A DNA stretch of 64,000 nt from an uncultured Candidatus Saccharibacteria bacterium (GTDB lineage Bacteria; Patescibacteriota; Minisyncoccia; Phycocordibacterales; G965230995). A model generated the notes under the pieces. That model did no database searches. It was not told where the DNA came from and saw only the letters and a list, made by a program, of their open reading frames with translations. The stretch lies in NCBI GenBank assembly GCA_965230995.1, contig OZ246398.1:528213-592212 (forward strand), written 5' to 3'. Shown here one piece after another: positions 26,892-36,731 of the stretch. The translations under genes and the position numbers were made by a program. The number at the start of each line of letters is the position of its first letter. Position 1 is the stretch's first letter.

Positions 26892-27989
26892 ATGTCACTT
26901 TCAATAGGAATAGTCGGTTTGCCGAATGTTGGTAAAAGCACATTGTTTAATGCACTTACCAAAAAGTCAGTACCGGCAGAAAATTATCCATTTTGTACGA
27001 TAGATCCATCTGTTGGTGTTGTTGCTGTGCCAGATGAAAGACTGGAAAAGTTAAATGATTTTTCAAAATCAAAAAAGAAGATTCCTGCCGCTGTTGAATT
27101 CGTTGATATTGCAGGTTTGGTCAAGGGTGCTTCCGAAGGCGAGGGTCTGGGAAACCAATTCCTTTCAAATATTAGAGAAACAGACGCCATTGCACAGGTT
27201 GTGAGAATATTCGAGGATAACAATGTAATACACGTAAATGGAAAAATTGACCCTCTTTCTGATATCGAGGTAATAAATCTTGAGTTAATAATTGCCGATC
27301 AGCAAACAGTCTCAAAGAGAAAATCTAACCTCACTCGCGACGTAAAAAGAGGTGATAAAATTGCAGTGGCCGAAGACGCTCTACTTTCTAGAATGGAAAA
27401 ACATCTTGAGAGCGGAAAATTGGGAAATAGTCTCGATGTAAACGATGACGAAAAGAAAATGCTAAAACAGTTAAATCTTTTAACAATCAAACCTTTTCTG
27501 TATGTATTGAACAAAAAAGCCGGCGGACAAAATCTTGATGAAATTTCTGATGAAAGATTTTTGAAACTGATAGAATTCTTTAAAAAGGAAAATGCAATAT
27601 ATACAATAGTAGACGCTGGTATTGAAATGGAACTTTCAAATTTTGTAGGTGAAGAAAGAGAAATGTTTCGAAATGAGCTCGGAGGAAAAGATGATGGAAT
27701 AAATGCTTTAATTAAAAAAGGATATGAATTGCTCGATCTGATTACTTTTTTTACTACAGGTGAAGACGAAACTAGGGCTTGGACAACAAAAAGAGGATCG
27801 ACGGCACCGCAAGCAGGAAAGGCTATCCATAACGACTTCGAACAAAAATTCATTAGAGCAGAAATAATCCACTGGGACGAATTACTCGATGCTGGTTCAT
27901 ATGCAAATGCAAGAGAGAAAGGCCTGCTTCGAACAGAAGGCAAAGAATATATTGTAAAAGATGGAGATGTGATTGAGTTTAAAATCTAG
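26892..27989 (+). CDS. ychF: Ribosome-binding ATPase YchF
   Basis: GIVGLPNVGKSTLFNALT, the characteristic NxxE (NKKA here) in place of NKxD, and a TGS C-terminal domain. Confidence 0.85.
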   Translation: MSLSIGIVGLPNVGKSTLFNALTKKSVPAENYPFCTIDPSVGVVAVPDERLEKLNDFSKSKKKIPAAVEFVDIAGLVKGASEGEGLGNQFLSNIRETDAIAQVVRIFEDNNVIHVNGKIDPLSDIEVINLELIIADQQTVSKRKSNLTRDVKRGDKIAVAEDALLSRMEKHLESGKLGNSLDVNDDEKKMLKQLNLLTIKPFLYVLNKKAGGQNLDEISDERFLKLIEFFKKENAIYTIVDAGIEMELSNFVGEEREMFRNELGGKDDGINALIKKGYELLDLITFFTTGEDETRAWTTKRGSTAPQAGKAIHNDFEQKFIRAEIIHWDELLDAGSYANAREKGLLRTEGKEYIVKDGDVIEFKI

Positions 27990-28097
27990 TTTTTTCAAAA
28001 AGAAAATATAAATTGCAATATGTCAATCAAAAATTGCCATTTGCAATATCTTGCATTATAATTTCAAAACAGTAACTTTAAGAAATTAATAATTTCT

Positions 28098-30974
28098 ATG
28101 ATAAAAAAGAACACGTACGACCATAAAAAGATAGAGAAGAAATGGCAGAAAAAATGGAACGACAGTTCTCTGTACGTGCAAAAGACTCCGCTTGGAAAAA
28201 CAAAGACTCCTAAAAGCTATGTTCTCGATATGTTTCCATATCCTTCTGGTGACGGACTACATGTTGGACATCCAAAGGGCTACATTGCAACAGATATATA
28301 TACTAGATACAAAAAAATGAACGGGCATAGTATTTTGCATACTATGGGTTGGGATGCTTTTGGTTTGCCTGCTGAAAACTACGCAATCAAGAACAAAATA
28401 CATCCTCGAAAAGCAGTAGAAAAAAATATAAAAAGATTCAAGTCACAGCTAGAAAAAATAGGTTTTTCTTATGATTGGAATAGGGAAATAGATACTACAG
28501 ATCCCGCATATTACAAATGGACACAATGGATATTTATAAAAATGTGGGAGAAAGGTTTGGCTTATGAATCCTTTGAGCCAATCAACTGGTGTCCTTCTTG
28601 TCAGACCGGTCTTGCAAATGAAGATTTGGAAAAAGATGGTACCTGTGAAAGATGTGGTTCTGTTGTCGAGAAAAAACCTATGCGACAGTGGGTTCTTCGG
28701 ATTACAAAATATGCAGAAAGACTTCTAAAAGATATTGATACACTAAAAGAATGGCCAAATTCGATCAGAGAATCACAAAAAAACTGGATTGGAAAAAGCG
28801 AAGGTGCAGAAATTTCATTTGATCTAAAATCAAAAGAGGGTGATTTTTCAGAAAAAGTAAATATATTTACAACAAGACCGGATACGCTATTTGGTGTGAC
28901 ATATATTGTGCTTGCTCCGGAACACAAATTGATTGAAAAGGCTCTTCAATTTGTTAAAAATGAAAAAGAGGTCAGAGATTTTATTTCTAAAGTCAAATCA
29001 AAAACAGAAATAGAAAGAACTGCCGAAGGAAAAGAAAAAAACGGAATAATCCTAGAAGGAATCGAAGCAACGAATCCAATTAATGGTGAAAATGTCCCTG
29101 TATTTATTGCAGATTATGTTTTGGCTACATATGGAACAGGTGCAGTAATGGCAGTACCTGCCCATGATGAAAGAGATTTTGCATTTGCAAAAAAATATAA
29201 TTTGGGAATTAAACAGGTTATCTCAAAAATATTTATTGATAATAAAAATCCACATAGAGAAGGAAAAACAGATACAGAAAGATCAATTGTACATTGTGTT
29301 GTAAAGCATCCAACAGAAGATAAAATAATTATATTAAAAAGCAAAAAATTTCCTTGGAAGACATTGATAATCGGTGGAATTGAGGGAGGCGAAAAACCAG
29401 AAGAAGCAACAAGAAGGGAAGTCATAGAAGAAACCGGCTATACAGATATTAAATCAATAGAAAAAATTGGCTGGAATCTCCATACAAAATTCTATGCTGC
29501 TCATAAAGATGTAAAAAGAAATTGTGATGTAAATGTAATGCTCGTTCAACTTGCGAGCTTAAAAAACGATTCCATTAGTGAATCTGAATCACAGCTACAC
29601 GATGTCTTGTGGGTAGAAACAGAAAAAGCATTTTCTGAACTTGATCCTGTTTGCGAAAAAGAAGAAATAAAAAGATTTCTAGGAGGTGAAATGTCTTCTT
29701 TTACAGGAGACGGAATAATGATTAATTCTGGAGAATTTTCTGGTAAAAACAACAGAGATATTTTTGATGAGATAATCAAAAAAGCAAGCGGAAAGAAAAA
29801 GACAAATTACCGATTGCAGGACTGGGTTTTTTCAAGACAAAGATATTGGGGCGAACCAATACCTCTAATTCACTGTGATAAATGCGGAGTTGTTCCCGTA
29901 AAAGAAAAAGATTTGCCGGTTACTTTACCGAATGTAAAAAGCTACGAGCCGACAGGTACGGGGGAATCACCGCTCGCAAATATTTCTTCTTGGGTAAATG
30001 TTAAATGTCCAAAATGTAAAGGAAAAGCAAAAAGGGAAACAAACACAATGCCTCAGTGGGCAGGATCATGCTGGTACTATTTGAGATTTATGGATCCAAA
30101 AAATAAAACAAAACTTGTAGATCCAAAAATTGAAAAATATTGGAAGAGTGTAGATATGTATGTTGGTGGAGCAGAACACGCAACAAGACATCTCATCTAT
30201 GCGAGATTCTGGCACAAATTTCTCTATGATATTGGAGTGGTATCTACAAAAGAACCTTTCAAAGCTCTTCGAAATCAAGGATTGATTCTCGCAAGTGATG
30301 GCAGAAAGATGAGCAAGCGATACGGAAATGTTATTAATCCAGACGACATCGTAGAAGTCTACGGAGCAGACACAATGAGAATCTATGAAATGTTCATGGG
30401 TCCGTTTGAAGGGGCGATAAGCTGGAGCACAGAAAGTATAATCGGATCTAGACGTTTTATAGAAAGAGTCTGGAGTTTGCAAAATAAGGTTTCTGATTCA
30501 GAAAAACCTTCAAAAGAGCTTTTGCATATTTTGCATAAGACAATAAAAAAAGTAGGGGAGGATATCGAAACGTTTTCAATGAACACCGCAATATCAGCTC
30601 TGATGATTCTTCAGAATGAAATGGAAAAAAATGAAAAAATACCAAAGCAAGTGTTCCTTGATTATGTATCATTGCTTTCACCGTTTGCCCCACATATGTC
30701 TGATGAAATAGGGTCTAGCTTTGGAAATAAAAAATCTTTCTTTCTGATGGATTGGCCGAAATATAATAAAAAATATCTTGTTACAGATTCTGTTAAAATC
30801 GCAGTTCAGGTAAACGGAAAGCTCCGAGATGTGGTAGAAATGGCGGTCGACTCGGGCGAAGAAGAAGTAAAGACAAAATCACTTGAATCTGAAAATGTGG
30901 CTAAATGGATAGCTGGAAAGGAAATTAGAAAGGTCATTTTTATAAAAAATAAGCTTATCAACATCGTACTATAA
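28098..30974 (+). CDS. leuS: Leucyl-tRNA synthetase carrying an inserted Nudix hydrolase domain
   Basis: HIGH (HVGHPKGY), editing-domain TTRPDT and GTGAVMAVPAHDERDF, KMSKS (KMSKRYGN). A ~158-aa segment between the editing-domain core and the MINSGEF motif is extra. Confidence 0.85.
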   Translation: MIKKNTYDHKKIEKKWQKKWNDSSLYVQKTPLGKTKTPKSYVLDMFPYPSGDGLHVGHPKGYIATDIYTRYKKMNGHSILHTMGWDAFGLPAENYAIKNKIHPRKAVEKNIKRFKSQLEKIGFSYDWNREIDTTDPAYYKWTQWIFIKMWEKGLAYESFEPINWCPSCQTGLANEDLEKDGTCERCGSVVEKKPMRQWVLRITKYAERLLKDIDTLKEWPNSIRESQKNWIGKSEGAEISFDLKSKEGDFSEKVNIFTTRPDTLFGVTYIVLAPEHKLIEKALQFVKNEKEVRDFISKVKSKTEIERTAEGKEKNGIILEGIEATNPINGENVPVFIADYVLATYGTGAVMAVPAHDERDFAFAKKYNLGIKQVISKIFIDNKNPHREGKTDTERSIVHCVVKHPTEDKIIILKSKKFPWKTLIIGGIEGGEKPEEATRREVIEETGYTDIKSIEKIGWNLHTKFYAAHKDVKRNCDVNVMLVQLASLKNDSISESESQLHDVLWVETEKAFSELDPVCEKEEIKRFLGGEMSSFTGDGIMINSGEFSGKNNRDIFDEIIKKASGKKKTNYRLQDWVFSRQRYWGEPIPLIHCDKCGVVPVKEKDLPVTLPNVKSYEPTGTGESPLANISSWVNVKCPKCKGKAKRETNTMPQWAGSCWYYLRFMDPKNKTKLVDPKIEKYWKSVDMYVGGAEHATRHLIYARFWHKFLYDIGVVSTKEPFKALRNQGLILASDGRKMSKRYGNVINPDDIVEVYGADTMRIYEMFMGPFEGAISWSTESIIGSRRFIERVWSLQNKVSDSEKPSKELLHILHKTIKKVGEDIETFSMNTAISALMILQNEMEKNEKIPKQVFLDYVSLLSPFAPHMSDEIGSSFGNKKSFFLMDWPKYNKKYLVTDSVKIAVQVNGKLRDVVEMAVDSGEEEVKTKSLESENVAKWIAGKEIRKVIFIKNKLINIVL
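29229..29702 (+). other. Nudix hydrolase domain embedded in LeuRS (aa ~378-535); Nudix box at 29373-29441
   Basis: GGIEGGEKPEEATRREVIEETGY fits G-x5-E-x7-R-E-U-x-E-E-x-G-U exactly; flanking beta-strand-like segments (IVHCVVKH, KIIILKSKKFPWKTLIIGG). Confidence 0.7.
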
Positions 30975-30999
30975 AAATCCTTGACTTTATGGTATAATA

Positions 31000-32070
31000 A
31001 TGATAGAAATACAGGACATAAAACATTATATGGCAAGAAAAAAAGCAGTCACATTTAACCCAAAGAACGTAACGAAACACCTTGTTTCGGTTCTTGGTGA
31101 AAGAGCAAAGGATGTCGTTACAAGACGATATGGAATTCTTGAAAGCACAGACAGAATGACACTCGAGGCTATCGGAAAGAAATACGACATTACAAGAGAA
31201 CGAGTCAGACAAATAGAAAATCACTCTCTTGCCATAATTAGAAAATCAAAAGAATACGAGAAAGAATCTCCAGCCTTCGATGAATTGCACAAATTAATCC
31301 ACTCTCTTGGATGTTTGGTTGCAGAAGACGAACTGCTTGCGCACGTCACAAATGATAAAGCTTTGCAGAACCATGTGCATTTTATGCTTGTTGTCGGAAA
31401 TTCATTTATAAAAGAAAAAGAAGACGATAATTTCAAACATAGATGGTGTGTTGATGCAGATTTGTCAAAGAAAATCCAAAATTCAATCGAAAAAGTTTAC
31501 AATTCACTTTCTGATCACGATCTTGTTTCTGAACCAGATATGATCAGAGCTTTTCTTGCTCACCTCGCAGATGTTGCAGACGAACTAAAAACAGAAGAAA
31601 TCGCCAAGAGATGGCTTTCAGTTTCAAAAAAGATTGGAAGAAATCCATTGGGAGAGTGGGGAAAAGCACATTCAACAAATGTAAATGCAAAAGGAATGCG
31701 AGATTATGCGTATCTCGTTATCAGAAAGCATGGTTCTCCTATTCATTTCAGAGAAGTTGCAAAAGCAATTGAAAAAATGTTCGGAAGAAAAGCTCACATT
31801 GCAACTACACACAACGAATTAATCAAAGATAAAAGATTTGTTTTGGTAGGTAGAGGTCTCTACGCGCTATCAGAATGGGGATATATGAGTGGAGTTGTAA
31901 AAGATGTTATCAAAAATATTCTAGAAAAAGACGGCCCTCTTCCAAAAGAAAAAATAATTGAAAAGGTTCTAAAAGAAAGATACGTCAAAGAAAACACTAT
32001 TTTGGTTAATCTTCAGAACCAAAAATATTTCAAGAAAACAAAAGAAGGTCTATACTCAATAGCAGGTTAA
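31000..32070 (+). CDS. Protein with N-terminal sigma-70 region-4-like HTH and an unknown ~260-aa C-terminal domain
   Basis: RYGILESTDRMTLEAIGKKYDITRERVRQIENHSLAIIRK is a textbook sigma-70 region-4 HTH, but at the N-terminus and without regions 2/3. Confidence 0.5.
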   Translation: MIEIQDIKHYMARKKAVTFNPKNVTKHLVSVLGERAKDVVTRRYGILESTDRMTLEAIGKKYDITRERVRQIENHSLAIIRKSKEYEKESPAFDELHKLIHSLGCLVAEDELLAHVTNDKALQNHVHFMLVVGNSFIKEKEDDNFKHRWCVDADLSKKIQNSIEKVYNSLSDHDLVSEPDMIRAFLAHLADVADELKTEEIAKRWLSVSKKIGRNPLGEWGKAHSTNVNAKGMRDYAYLVIRKHGSPIHFREVAKAIEKMFGRKAHIATTHNELIKDKRFVLVGRGLYALSEWGYMSGVVKDVIKNILEKDGPLPKEKIIEKVLKERYVKENTILVNLQNQKYFKKTKEGLYSIAG

Positions 32071-32074
32071 AACA

Positions 32075-32098
32075 AAAAAACGGCTCTGCCGTTTTTTT
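32075..32098 (+). terminator. Rho-independent terminator (AAAAACGGC-tct-GCCGTTTTTTTG)
   Basis: Read directly after the stop of the previous gene. Confidence 0.5.
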
Positions 32099-32139
32099 GT
32101 TCGTTGCTTACAATAAGAAATATCAATATAATATATCTT

Positions 32140-33384
32140 ATGGATTCTTTAGGGTTACAATTTCTTACCGAGCAGGCACTTGTCGCAATTAAATATCTGT
32201 ACCTAACATCTCATTTGTGGCTCCCAATAGTTTTGGGTGGTCTTTTCTTTAAATTATGGGTTGATTATTTGCATATGAAAGCAAATTTCAATTCAAATCC
32301 AGTTTTGCTCGAAATTAAACTTCCAAAAGAAATTCGAAAATCTCCGCTTGCTATGGAATTGGTCTTGATTTCTATGTGGCAAAAGGGAACAATGCATTTT
32401 CTCGAAACTTACTGGAAGGGAAAGGTTGTGCCTAATTATTCTCTCGAAATGGTTTCGATTGATGGACAGGTTCATTTCTATATATGGACTCACGGTAAAA
32501 TGAAAAATGTTATCGAGGCTCAAATATATGCTCAATATCCAACAGTAGAAATATATCAGGTAGACGAGGATTATAGCTATAAAGCCAAATACGACCCATC
32601 AAAAATGATGATGTGGGCAACTTATTTTAAATTAGCAAAACCGGATCCATATCCAATAAAAACATATATTGATTACGAACTAGACAAAAATGCAAAAGAA
32701 GAAGACCAAGAAACGGTTATCGACCCGCTCTCTTCTGTTGTTGAATATTTAGGTTCGATAAAAAAAGGTGAACAAGTCTGGATTCAGATTTTGATTCGTG
32801 CACACAGGTCATATGGAATTGATGCTGGAAAAATTATTAAAAAACCAGACTGGACAAAAGGTATAGACGAAGAAATTCAAAAAGTTCTAGATAAATATAA
32901 AATAGACCCAAAGAAAAACCCAGGAGCAGTTCCTCCTCCGTTTACCGAAGAAGACAAAGGGTTACTCAAGGCTTTAAACAGAAGCAAATCAAAATATGCT
33001 TTTGATGTTGGTATTAGGGGCGTTTATATAAACAAGAAAGAGGCTTTCAATCCAGCAACAATTACAGGCTTGATTGGTGCATTCAGACAATATGATGATC
33101 AGACTTTAAACAACTTTAAACTAGGTATGTTTACAGATTTTGATTATCCATGGCAAGATTTTCGAAGGATGCGAAGAACAGCAAGAGAGCAAGGAATGCT
33201 CGATGCATATAAGCGTAGATCCTTCTATTATGGAAAATATCAATTCTGGGCACAGGAACCTTTCGTTATGACAACCGAAGAATTAGCCACAATATTCCAT
33301 TTGCCAGGCGGTGTTGTTTCTACTCCAACACTAGACAGAATTTCATCCAGAAAATCTGAAGCTCCTGCTAATTTGCCTTCATAA
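32140..33384 (+). CDS. Hypothetical membrane protein (N-terminal TM, large soluble domain)
   Basis: Start placed at the Met at 32140, after the terminator; TM LWLPIVLGGLFF; no recognisable catalytic motif. Confidence 0.35.
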   Translation: MDSLGLQFLTEQALVAIKYLYLTSHLWLPIVLGGLFFKLWVDYLHMKANFNSNPVLLEIKLPKEIRKSPLAMELVLISMWQKGTMHFLETYWKGKVVPNYSLEMVSIDGQVHFYIWTHGKMKNVIEAQIYAQYPTVEIYQVDEDYSYKAKYDPSKMMMWATYFKLAKPDPYPIKTYIDYELDKNAKEEDQETVIDPLSSVVEYLGSIKKGEQVWIQILIRAHRSYGIDAGKIIKKPDWTKGIDEEIQKVLDKYKIDPKKNPGAVPPPFTEEDKGLLKALNRSKSKYAFDVGIRGVYINKKEAFNPATITGLIGAFRQYDDQTLNNFKLGMFTDFDYPWQDFRRMRRTAREQGMLDAYKRRSFYYGKYQFWAQEPFVMTTEELATIFHLPGGVVSTPTLDRISSRKSEAPANLPS

Positions 33385-33385
33385 A

Positions 33386-34333
33386 ATGCCTGTTTCTAAA
33401 CGTTCATTTATATTACAAATTGGAATAGCAATTTTTACGTTGCTAATTTGTGCACTATTTCTTTCTATTCTTCCTCGTGAAATAAAAAGGCAAGATTTTT
33501 TTGTTATAGAAAAAGGTAGCTCGCTATCAAAAATATCATCTGATTTATACAATTCTGGTTTTTTTGCAAATAAAAATTCATTCAAATATTTCTTTCTTTT
33601 TTTCTTTAATGGGGAAAGTGTAAAGGTTGGAACCTATTATCTAAAAGATGTTACAAATATATTTGATTTAGGATACAGGCTCGCTTATGGTGATTTCGAA
33701 AAAGTACCAATAAAAATTACGATAAAAGAAGGTACAAACAAATTCGACATAGCAGATATATTTGAGAGCAAACTTCCGCAATTTAATAGAGAGAACTTTT
33801 TACTACAAGCAAAAGAAGGTTTTCTTTTTCCAGACACATATTTTTTTACAATAGAAAATAACGAAACAGATGTTCTGAAAGTTTTTGAAAAAACATTTAA
33901 TCAAAAGGTTGCCTCGTTATTTACAGAAAAAAAAATTACAGATGAAGAAAAAATTTACGAAGTAATCAATCTAGCTTCGATTGTAGAAGAAGAGGCTTCA
34001 AGGCTTGCTGATAGAAAAATGGTTTCTGGAATTTTGCAAAATAGACTTAGAATAAACATGGCTCTTCAGGTTGATGTTACATTCCAGTATATTAATGGTA
34101 AAAACACATATGAACTTACACTAAAGGATCTAAAAGACCCATCTTTATATAACACATACGTCCATACAGGCCTTCCACCAACACCTATATCTAGTCCAGG
34201 CTTAGATTCAATTCTTGCAGTTCTAGAACCAACCAAAAATGACTACCTATATTTCCTTTCGAGCAAATCCGGTGTAATGTATTATGCCAAGACGTTCGAA
34301 GAGCACAAAAGAAATAGACAGAAGTATTTGTAA
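33386..34333 (+). CDS. mltG: Endolytic murein transglycosylase (YceG/MltG family)
   Basis: N-terminal TM, LASIVEEEASRLADRKMVSGILQNRL and catalytic Glu region, C-terminal TGLPPTPISSPG. Confidence 0.8.
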   Translation: MPVSKRSFILQIGIAIFTLLICALFLSILPREIKRQDFFVIEKGSSLSKISSDLYNSGFFANKNSFKYFFLFFFNGESVKVGTYYLKDVTNIFDLGYRLAYGDFEKVPIKITIKEGTNKFDIADIFESKLPQFNRENFLLQAKEGFLFPDTYFFTIENNETDVLKVFEKTFNQKVASLFTEKKITDEEKIYEVINLASIVEEEASRLADRKMVSGILQNRLRINMALQVDVTFQYINGKNTYELTLKDLKDPSLYNTYVHTGLPPTPISSPGLDSILAVLEPTKNDYLYFLSSKSGVMYYAKTFEEHKRNRQKYL

Positions 34334-35418
34334 TGAAAAAGGATAGTAACAGAAAAATAAAGGTTTTTGTTGGTATGTCTGGAGGAGTAGATAGCTCTGT
34401 TTCGGCATATCTTTTAAAAGAAGCTGGCTATGACGTCACTGGCGTTTTTATACGTGTCTGGCAACCAGATTTTATGGAATGTACCTCGAAAGAAGACAGG
34501 AGGGATGCAATGAGAGTTGCTTCACAAATTGGTATTCCATTTTTTACAATTGATGCAATATCAGAATACAAAAAGGATGTCGTTGATTATATGATAGAAG
34601 AATATAAAAACGGCAGAACACCCAATCCAGACGTAATGTGTAACAACAGTGTAAAATTCGGAGTTTTCTACAAAAAGGCTATGGAGGCAGGTGCAGATTA
34701 TATTGCTACCGGTCATTATGCAAAAAGATTAGAGGGCGAAGACGGGGCATATCTCGGTATTCCAAAAGATAAAGAAAAAGATCAGACATATTTTTTGTGG
34801 AATATATCAAAAGAATCATTAAACAAAACACTCTTTCCGCTTGGTGATTTAACAAAGACAGAGGTGAGAAAGATAGCAAAAAAACAAGGCTTGTATACTG
34901 CTACAAAAAAAGATAGCCAAGGCCTTTGTTTTATTGGAAAAGTTTCAATGAAGGATTTTCTTTCGCATTATTTAAATCTTGAAAATGGTGATGTCTTGGA
35001 TATTGATGGCAAAAAAATTGGTTCTCACGACGGAGCTCTTCTATATACGAATGGTCAGAGACACGGCTTCGAAGTGATAAAAAAGAAAACAGACGACGGA
35101 CCATTTTATGTAATTGATAGAGACACTAAAAAGAATACTATTACAGTGACTTCAGAAAACAAAACTGAAAGTATTTCTCCGAAAACAATCAGTCTTGAAA
35201 ATGTAAATTTGCTCGCAGGTTTTTTTGGGGGTGGAGTAAACGCAAGGGTTAGATATAGACAGCCTTTAAAAGCATGCGAGATTACAATTGATAACCAAAA
35301 CAGAAAAGCTGAAGTGTTATTTGAAGAGAATGTGAGTATGGTATCTATCGGTCAATCTTGTGTTTTTTATGATAATATAAAATGTATTGGAGGAGGAATA
35401 ATATCAGAAATCAAATAA
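34333..35418 (+). CDS. mnmA: tRNA-specific 2-thiouridylase
   Basis: PP-loop VGMSGGVDSSVSA, catalytic Cys residues (NPDVMCNNSVKF, GLCFIGK). Confidence 0.85.
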   Translation: MKKDSNRKIKVFVGMSGGVDSSVSAYLLKEAGYDVTGVFIRVWQPDFMECTSKEDRRDAMRVASQIGIPFFTIDAISEYKKDVVDYMIEEYKNGRTPNPDVMCNNSVKFGVFYKKAMEAGADYIATGHYAKRLEGEDGAYLGIPKDKEKDQTYFLWNISKESLNKTLFPLGDLTKTEVRKIAKKQGLYTATKKDSQGLCFIGKVSMKDFLSHYLNLENGDVLDIDGKKIGSHDGALLYTNGQRHGFEVIKKKTDDGPFYVIDRDTKKNTITVTSENKTESISPKTISLENVNLLAGFFGGGVNARVRYRQPLKACEITIDNQNRKAEVLFEENVSMVSIGQSCVFYDNIKCIGGGIISEIK

Positions 35419-35422
35419 AAAT

Positions 35423-36247
35423 ATGCTGATTACAAAAATAAATGGTGAGAAAGAAGAATTCGACAGGACAAAATTAATTGGATCTCTAAGAAGAGCCGGA
35501 GTGGGCGAAGACCTCATATCTGATATTGTGATGCATATCGAAGCAGAGCTCTCAAGTGCGATGACAACACGTGATATCTATAGCCACGCATACACCCTGC
35601 TTGCAAAAAAAGAAAAAAAAGCAGCTGCAAAATATTCTATGAGAAGAGCTGTTTTGGACCTCGGACCATCGGGATTTCCTTTTGAACAACTTGTTGCAAA
35701 TATTTACAAGGCCAAGGGATACAGCGTTAGTACTGATGGTTATGTAAAAGGGCACTGTGCTGAACACGAAATTGACATCATTGCTCACAACGAAGACGAA
35801 TTGATTATGCTCGAGGCAAAATTTCATAATCAAGACGGTGTAAAGTCTGATTTGAAAGTTGCATTATATGTAAAAGCGAGATTTGATGATCTCTCAAATG
35901 CTGATTTTTCATTTGGTGGAATAAACAGAAAATTAACTAAGGGTATTTTGATTACGAATACAAAATTCACCCATACTGCAGTAGAATATGCAAAATGTGC
36001 TGGTCTAAATATTATCGGTTGGAACTATCCTCACGAATACAATTTGCAGGATATGATACAAGAATCAGGTCTACATCCAATTACCTGTTTAAATAATCTT
36101 TCAAAAAAAGACAAATCTTTGCTTCTAGAAAAGAACATTGTCTTGCTCAAGGAATTACTCGAAAATAGAAAAGAACTTGCAACTATTGGTGTAGATAGAG
36201 AAAAACAAAAACACGTAATAGATGAAATAGAACAAATTATTAATTAA
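35423..36247 (+). CDS. ATP-cone domain fused to an Mrr-like PD-(D/E)xK restriction-endonuclease domain
   Basis: N-terminal ~90 aa resemble the NrdR/RNR ATP-cone (ITKINGEKEEFDRTKLIGSLRRAG...). C-terminal part has EIDIIAHNEDELIMLEAK (D...E-x-K) typical of Mrr_cat. Confidence 0.5.
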   Translation: MLITKINGEKEEFDRTKLIGSLRRAGVGEDLISDIVMHIEAELSSAMTTRDIYSHAYTLLAKKEKKAAAKYSMRRAVLDLGPSGFPFEQLVANIYKAKGYSVSTDGYVKGHCAEHEIDIIAHNEDELIMLEAKFHNQDGVKSDLKVALYVKARFDDLSNADFSFGGINRKLTKGILITNTKFTHTAVEYAKCAGLNIIGWNYPHEYNLQDMIQESGLHPITCLNNLSKKDKSLLLEKNIVLLKELLENRKELATIGVDREKQKHVIDEIEQIIN

Positions 36248-36256
36248 TATTTTTTT

Positions 36257-36730
36257 ATGGAAATTACGATTTTGACGGCTTTTACAAGAATGATAGTTGC
36301 TCTGGTGCTCGGTGCTATTTTGGGAATAGAAAGGTCTGTCTCAAAGAAAAATGCTGGCCTCAGAACATACGCCCTAGTTTCTCTTGGATCATGTCTATTT
36401 GTTTTGACATCGCTTTATGCAATAAACGATATTGGAGTCCTCACATCTGACCCTCTTAGACTTGTTGCTGGTGTGGTTACTGGTATTGGATTTCTTGGTG
36501 CAGGTTTAATATTTAGAGTCGAAGAAAGACTATCTGGTCTAACAACGGCGGCTGGTCTGTGGATGTCATGCGGTATTGGAATTGCAACTGGCTTTGGATA
36601 TTATTTACTCGCAGGACTTGCATCAGTTTTGACTTTAATAACATTTACTGCCCTTTGGTTTGTAGAAAAAAGGGTAGTTTCTGCCTCTGAATCAAAAAAA
36701 GATCAGGTTATAGATTCTAAAAAAGACTAA
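36257..36730 (+). CDS. MgtC/SapB-family membrane protein
   Basis: Four-helix hydrophobic core (ALVSLGSCLFVL..., GVVTGIGFLGAGLIF). Confidence 0.65.
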   Translation: MEITILTAFTRMIVALVLGAILGIERSVSKKNAGLRTYALVSLGSCLFVLTSLYAINDIGVLTSDPLRLVAGVVTGIGFLGAGLIFRVEERLSGLTTAAGLWMSCGIGIATGFGYYLLAGLASVLTLITFTALWFVEKRVVSASESKKDQVIDSKKD

Positions 36731-36731
36731 A

